NCBI RefSeq assembly: GCF_006345805.1
Contig: NC_043000.1
Coordinates: forward strand, 75,764,001 to 75,828,000
DNA length: 64,000 nucleotides
DNA from: Octopus sinensis
Lineage: Eukaryota
Direction of reading: 5' to 3'
Shown piece after piece: positions 59,005-64,000 of this stretch. Numbering within the stretch: the first letter of the stretch is position 1; the number at the start of each line of letters is the position of its first letter. Below the pieces are notes generated by a model. The model was not told the origin of the DNA and made no database searches. It worked only from the letters and a program-made list of their open reading frames with translations. The translations under genes and the position numbers were made by a program.

Positions 59005-62000
59005 ATTATCATCATCATTTAATGTCTGTTTTCCATGCTGGCATGAGTTGGCTGGATGCTCTTCCTAAAGCTGTACTGTGGTACTGGGTATTATATATGT
59101 TGCACCATCACAGGTGCTTTTTAAGTGACACCAGCACCAGTGCTTTTTCTGTGGCACCAGTATCTACACCAATGCTTTTTATTTGACACCTTAGTTTTAG
59201 GATCTCAACTCTTTTGTGATTGGTGGAGTCTTCTCAAGTACAGCAATCTTGGACCATATCTTGGTCCTGTCATCTCCTTCATAAGGTTCAGCATTTTGAG
59301 ATCAGTCTTCAAAACTACATCCCATGTCTTCCTGTGTCTCCCTCTTCCACAAATCCCTCCACTTTAAGTGATCAGCACTTCTTTATGCAACTGTCCTCAT
59401 CCATTTGCATCACACGATCAAACTAATGCAGTCTCCTCTCTTGCATGCTACATGTAATTCCTCTTATGCCCAACTTCTTCATTGCACCAATGTTCTGTCA
59501 CACATGCACACTGACATTGCACATCCAGCAGAGCATACCAGCTTCATTTCTCTTCAGCCTTTGCTTGTTCTCTGCATTCAGGGCTCACATCTCACAACCA
59601 TGTAGCATCACATTTTGTGCAGTTACATCATACAATCTTCCCTTCACTTGGAAAGAGAGACCTTTGTTTGCTAATGGAGGTAAAAGCTCTCTGAACTTTC
59701 TCCATCCTATTCTTATTCTAGCAATTGCACTTCTGTACAACCTCCTCCATTGCTAATGAGGTTACCTAGGTAGCAAAAATTATTTACAACTTCCAGAGAG
59801 CAGCCAGGACATTTAAAGAAATCATTTTTCTGAGTGTTGGTGGTCTTTATGTCTCCTGTACATCTTCCATATACAAACACAACTTTCTCTGTTAATCTTC
59901 CATAGCATGTACAGGTTACACCAAATGGAATTTCTGCTTACACCTTTCCTACATATTGAGCAAAGCCATTTACCTGATGGGTGAAGGGGCCTGTCTAATT
60001 TCTTGCTTACTAGGACTTTGGTCTTTGCTAAGTTTACTTTAAGACCTTTGATTCCAGGTTCTGTTTCCACACCTGGAATTTCTTTTCTAATTCTGTTACA
60101 GATTCTGCTATGAGGGTAGAATCAACAAATGCTAAGTAAAACAGTTTGTTCTTAGCTAAATTCTTCTCTTGCAGTTGCCTATGAAAATAGCATCAGTGGT
60201 GCTTCTTCCTGACACAAAACCAAACTACATTTCATCATGTCTAATTTTGTTCCTAATTAATTGGGCTATAACTCTCTATAACTTATAGAGTTATAGAGAG
60301 TTAAAGCGCATAACTCTCCATAATTGGTCCAGCAATTTGATGCCTCTATAATCTAGGGTATCTCCTTTGCCCTTGTTGCAACTGACTATGATGTAGCTGT
60401 ACCAATCACTAGGGATTACACCTTCCTGAATAACCTGATTAACTATACAGGTGACTAGGCTGTAACCAACTCTACTAGATATCTTGAGCATCTTGGCAGT
60501 GACTCCTGATGAACCAGGGGTCTTTTCTCTCTTCATATCTTTAATTGCCTTATCTACCATGCTGCTGTCAACTAGAGTAACTGATCCCTCTGTTGGGTCC
60601 ACATGAGGAAGACTCCCTTCCTCCCATTCATTCTCCACATTTAATAGTCTCTCATACTAGCACTTCTACACCTCTTTCATTTCATTGTCAATAAAAGAAA
60701 GTATACTATTATCTGTCCACACACACTTCTCTCCCACAACATCTTGATTCTCTATAACACATTTCTTTCTGCTTCTGTCCTAGCTAGATATACTTGACAC
60801 CTAGCTTTTCTTTTAGTTATCTGATATGATTCTTTGCTACCCCAACTCTTCCAGTCTTCCCAGGCCTGTCTCTTCTCTTTTATAGCCCTATCTACCTGCC
60901 TATTCCACCACCATGATATCTGTGGTCTGGAGGGAGCTTTGCTTCAACTACAGATTTGGTTTCCACTCTCAGTAGATTGTTCCATAAGAACTTCCAGTTG
61001 TCCTCTATGCCATATGTGTCCATCTTTACCTCCTCATCAAAGGCTTCATTAAGGACATCTCTAAATTTTGCCCATTTGAAGGATCCTTGAGCTTCTAGAA
61101 CCTCATTTTCCACATTGATTTGTATCTCATGATCCTTTGAGCCCTAAGTTTGATGTCACTAACCACTAACTTATGTTGAGTTGTGTATTTTTCACCAGGG
61201 AAAGACTTTACATTCATGAGCATAAGCCTGTCCCTGTAGTCAATCTGGCTTGTGTGCCCACCAGATGGCTCACAGATTTCCTGAAGTTGGTGTTGCAAAC
61301 CATTACATCCTTTGCATCACAGAACTCCAGCAGCCTTGTTCCACCCTCATTTCTGGAGCCAATGCCATGGAAGCCATCTGAGTATTTCCAAAATTACAAT
61401 TGAAGACCTCTGTTATGAAGGAAACATCTTTGTCTTTGAGGTAGCCTGCTGAAGAGATTCATAGAAATGGCCCTTATGAATATCTGCAAGTCTGACATGT
61501 GGAGTATATGCAGAGATAAAAGACATTGTTACTTTAAACAAAACTAATCTTAGCTTGATAATCCTATCCCACACCCTAATTACCTCAATCACCTTATCTA
61601 CTCATTTCTCTGCCAAAAGAATACCTACATCACCTAAACCATCATTGCTTCCTACTCAGAAGAACTTGTATCTATGTCTCTTGCTCATGAGCAGTCTTGC
61701 TAAGGCTCTTCTCTATCATATCTTTTGCATGCAGCACACATCTACATGCTTCCACTCAAGCATTTCAACAATCTCAACAAACCTACCTTTCATTGTGCTG
61801 ACATTGATTATAGCATCTCTAAGCCTTGTGAACCTGGGAAGCCTGAGAAGTCGTAGGGATGCTTTTCAGCACCTGGAAAGAAGATTTTAGTGGTTTCTTG
61901 CCTGAAGGCAATGGGTCATTTGGCTTGGTATAAGCAGGTACAGGTACAGATTGCTACATGAATTACAATTTCTTTCAATTCTATAAAGCCTTTGTGAGTA

Positions 62001-62040
62001 CTCAACTATGGGGTGGGGTGGTTGGTTCGCAGATAAATTA
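59005..62040 (-). mobile_element. RTE LINE, near full-length, heavily decayed (APE + RT + 3' tail)
   Basis: INVSTMKGR..EIVEML...VDVCCMQ, KFF.VG..DG.G.VGILLAEK.VDKVIEV, KREKTPGSSG, GDTLDYRGIKLLDQ, KVNLAKTKV; tail at 59005-59200. Confidence 0.8.
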
Positions 62041-62075
62041 GAAGTTTTCAATATCATCATCATCATCATTATCAA

Positions 62076-62277
62076 GGCAGCAAGCTGGCAGAATCACTAG
62101 CACTCCAGGTGAAATGCTTTGTGGCACTTTGTCTGTTTGCATTTCTGAGTTCAAATTCCACTGAGGTCAACTTTCATCTTTTTGGGGTCAATAAATTAAA
62201 TACCAGTGAAATACTGAGGTCAATATAACCAACTGGTCTCCTCCTCCAAAATTTCAGGCCTTGTGCCTTTAGTAGAA
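62076..62277 (+). mobile_element. SINE family B-like (older subfamily)
   Basis: GGCAGCAAGCTGGCAGAA...GAGTTCAAATTCC...GGGGTCAATAAATTAAATACCAG. Confidence 0.7.
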
Positions 62278-62310
<33 letters not shown>

Positions 62311-62890
62311 GTTCAGTAGTTTTATTTTTATTTTTATAGCGTGCTTTCACTTCACTACCGAGCGCAGCTCTGTGTGCCTTGGGTATGTGCTGTGATTTGT
62401 TGTGATGCTCTGATGGTTATTGTATGGAAAGTGTTCTGCGTAGGATGTGTGCAGTGCCTAGTAGTGCAATTTTCTGTATGTTATATGTGTTTGTAAGTCC
62501 TGGTGTTTTTGTTATGTATTTGTCTGAATATTTTTTTATCATGCCTAATGCACCTACTATGATAGGAATTGTTTCTGTTTTCAGATTCCACATTCTAGTT
62601 ACCTCTATTTCCAGGTCTTTGTATTTTTAGAGTTTCTCCATTTCTTTTAGAGACATGTTGTCATCAGCCGGTATTGATACATCAATTAGAAAGCATTTTT
62701 TTTCTTCATGGTCTCTGACAACTATATCTGGTCTGTTGACCTTAATTTCTCTATCTGTGTGTATCGGCATATCCTAGAGTATGGTTGCTTTCTCGTTTTC
62801 TGTGACCTTTTCTGGTGTGTGCCTATACCATCTTTTTTCTGTTGTTATTCCATAATGTTGGCATAGCTTCCAGTGTATGTAGGTTCCAAC
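62311..62890 (-). mobile_element. R4/Dong-type LINE 3' end (RLE domain + 3' UTR) embedded in (TAA)n
   Basis: IHWKLC...WYRH.P...EN...IL.D..IHTDREIKVNRPDIVV...KCFLIDVSIP..D...KE.EK..KYKDL...IPIIVGALG...QKIALLGTAHILRR; (ATT)n on both flanks. Confidence 0.85.
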
Positions 62891-62932
<42 letters not shown>

Positions 62933-62967
62933 CATTATTATTATTATTATTATTATCATTAGTAGTA

Positions 62968-63007
<40 letters not shown>

Positions 63008-63030
63008 CAGTAGTAGTATTACTATGATTA
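62891..63030. repeat. (ATT)n followed by (GTA)n microsatellites
   Basis: Direct reading. Confidence 0.9.
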
Positions 63031-64000
63031 TTAAGGTAACAATTATTCTTTGGCAATGCAGAAGTAGCCACACACACCATAATAATATATACTTCTGAAT
63101 CCTCACCAGCGTTGCATTGTAGACGTATATACATAAACAAACACTCGTACACATAAGTATATACCCATATAGTACGCAGTTGTAAAACCAGTTCACAGGT
63201 TGAAAAAATTGTCAAGTACCCTATTTCTATATCTATATACATACACATACACACATACATATGTGCATAAATATATGTCCATAGTACTACAGTGGATATA
63301 CATCAGCAAGGTAACAAAGATATATGAACATCAACATGTGAGCATGCGCTCAAACCTCCTTGGTTTGAGGTGGCAGTGAGGGGTGAGTGGGAGGGGAAAA
63401 TACCAGTTATTAATTCCAGTGGGTGAGCTGTGTGTAGATAGAAGAATAGCTGTTGTTCATGGTGCAAGCATGAAGCAGACGATTGATGATAATAATAACA
63501 CAAAGTGATGCAGACAGATATGACCAGAAGAATTAAAGTGAGAAGCCACAAATTGAAGTGGTTCTCTGCTGCTATGTTAAAAATTTAAAAGAGCCTCTCC
63601 AAACAGTTTGCTAATCTCTGAATAGTGTCTTCAATCGACAGTAAGCTGCAAAGCTGACCCTTCAATAATGTAAGAATTGTTCTTGGTGGTGCAGGTGAAA
63701 TAGTTAAGTCATATAGGGTGGTAACATTTTGGATGAACAGTGGACATGTGAGAAAGTAAAGAATGTAAACTTGGTTTGGCAAAATGTGAAAGAACTATGA
63801 ATCAGGGGTTCATGGAGATTGCAGTTACATGTGAAGAAAGGTAGAGGATAATCAGAGAAAATGTAGAAAGTAATCAGGGAAATGGAAAGTAGTTGGTGGT
63901 AGAGTGGATATAAGACATGAAGATGAATGCACAATCATCATTGCATCTATACTATTGACTGCATCTCCATCCTTATGTCATAAAGTTGGAGTCATGACCA

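Overview
AT-rich eukaryotic (metazoan) genomic DNA, very dense in (TA)n/(CA)n/(ATT)n microsatellites and decayed transposable elements, with one 100-N scaffold gap (52401-52500). The repeat families look like those of an octopus/coleoid genome; this is an inference from recalled family resemblance and was not searched. There is no prokaryotic content, rRNA, intact tRNA or CRISPR, and almost all ORF-track hits are TE fragments or microsatellite translations. Elements present: many RTE-clade LINE pieces (including a BovB-type copy), R4/Dong-type RLE LINEs, CR1/L2-group LINEs, two clades of Penelope-like elements (Naiad-type and Poseidon-type, nested with a 12-bp TSD), three tRNA-derived SINE families, Tigger and piggyBac relics, Helitron/HINE-like elements and palindromic MITEs. 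Host-gene signal is limited to a probable 5' end of a minus-strand gene with a signal-peptide-like N-terminus (54.4-53.1 kb, inside a CpG-rich island) and a tentative plus-strand 3' end at 7.7-8.3 kb. The most interesting observations are four. First, several hammerhead-ribozyme-like motifs in Penelope LTR-type repeats, including a fully paired minimal hammerhead at 19437-19487 whose core carries a compensatory G3:C8 swap (GUGAACA instead of CUGANGA). Second, a LINE ORF1 fusing a Myb/SANT-trihelix-like domain to a CCCH finger. Third, a tRNA-headed, hammerhead-tailed Poseidon pLTR. Fourth, poly-Asn linkers in the Naiad-type ORF. All structures were derived by eye; none was computed or searched.
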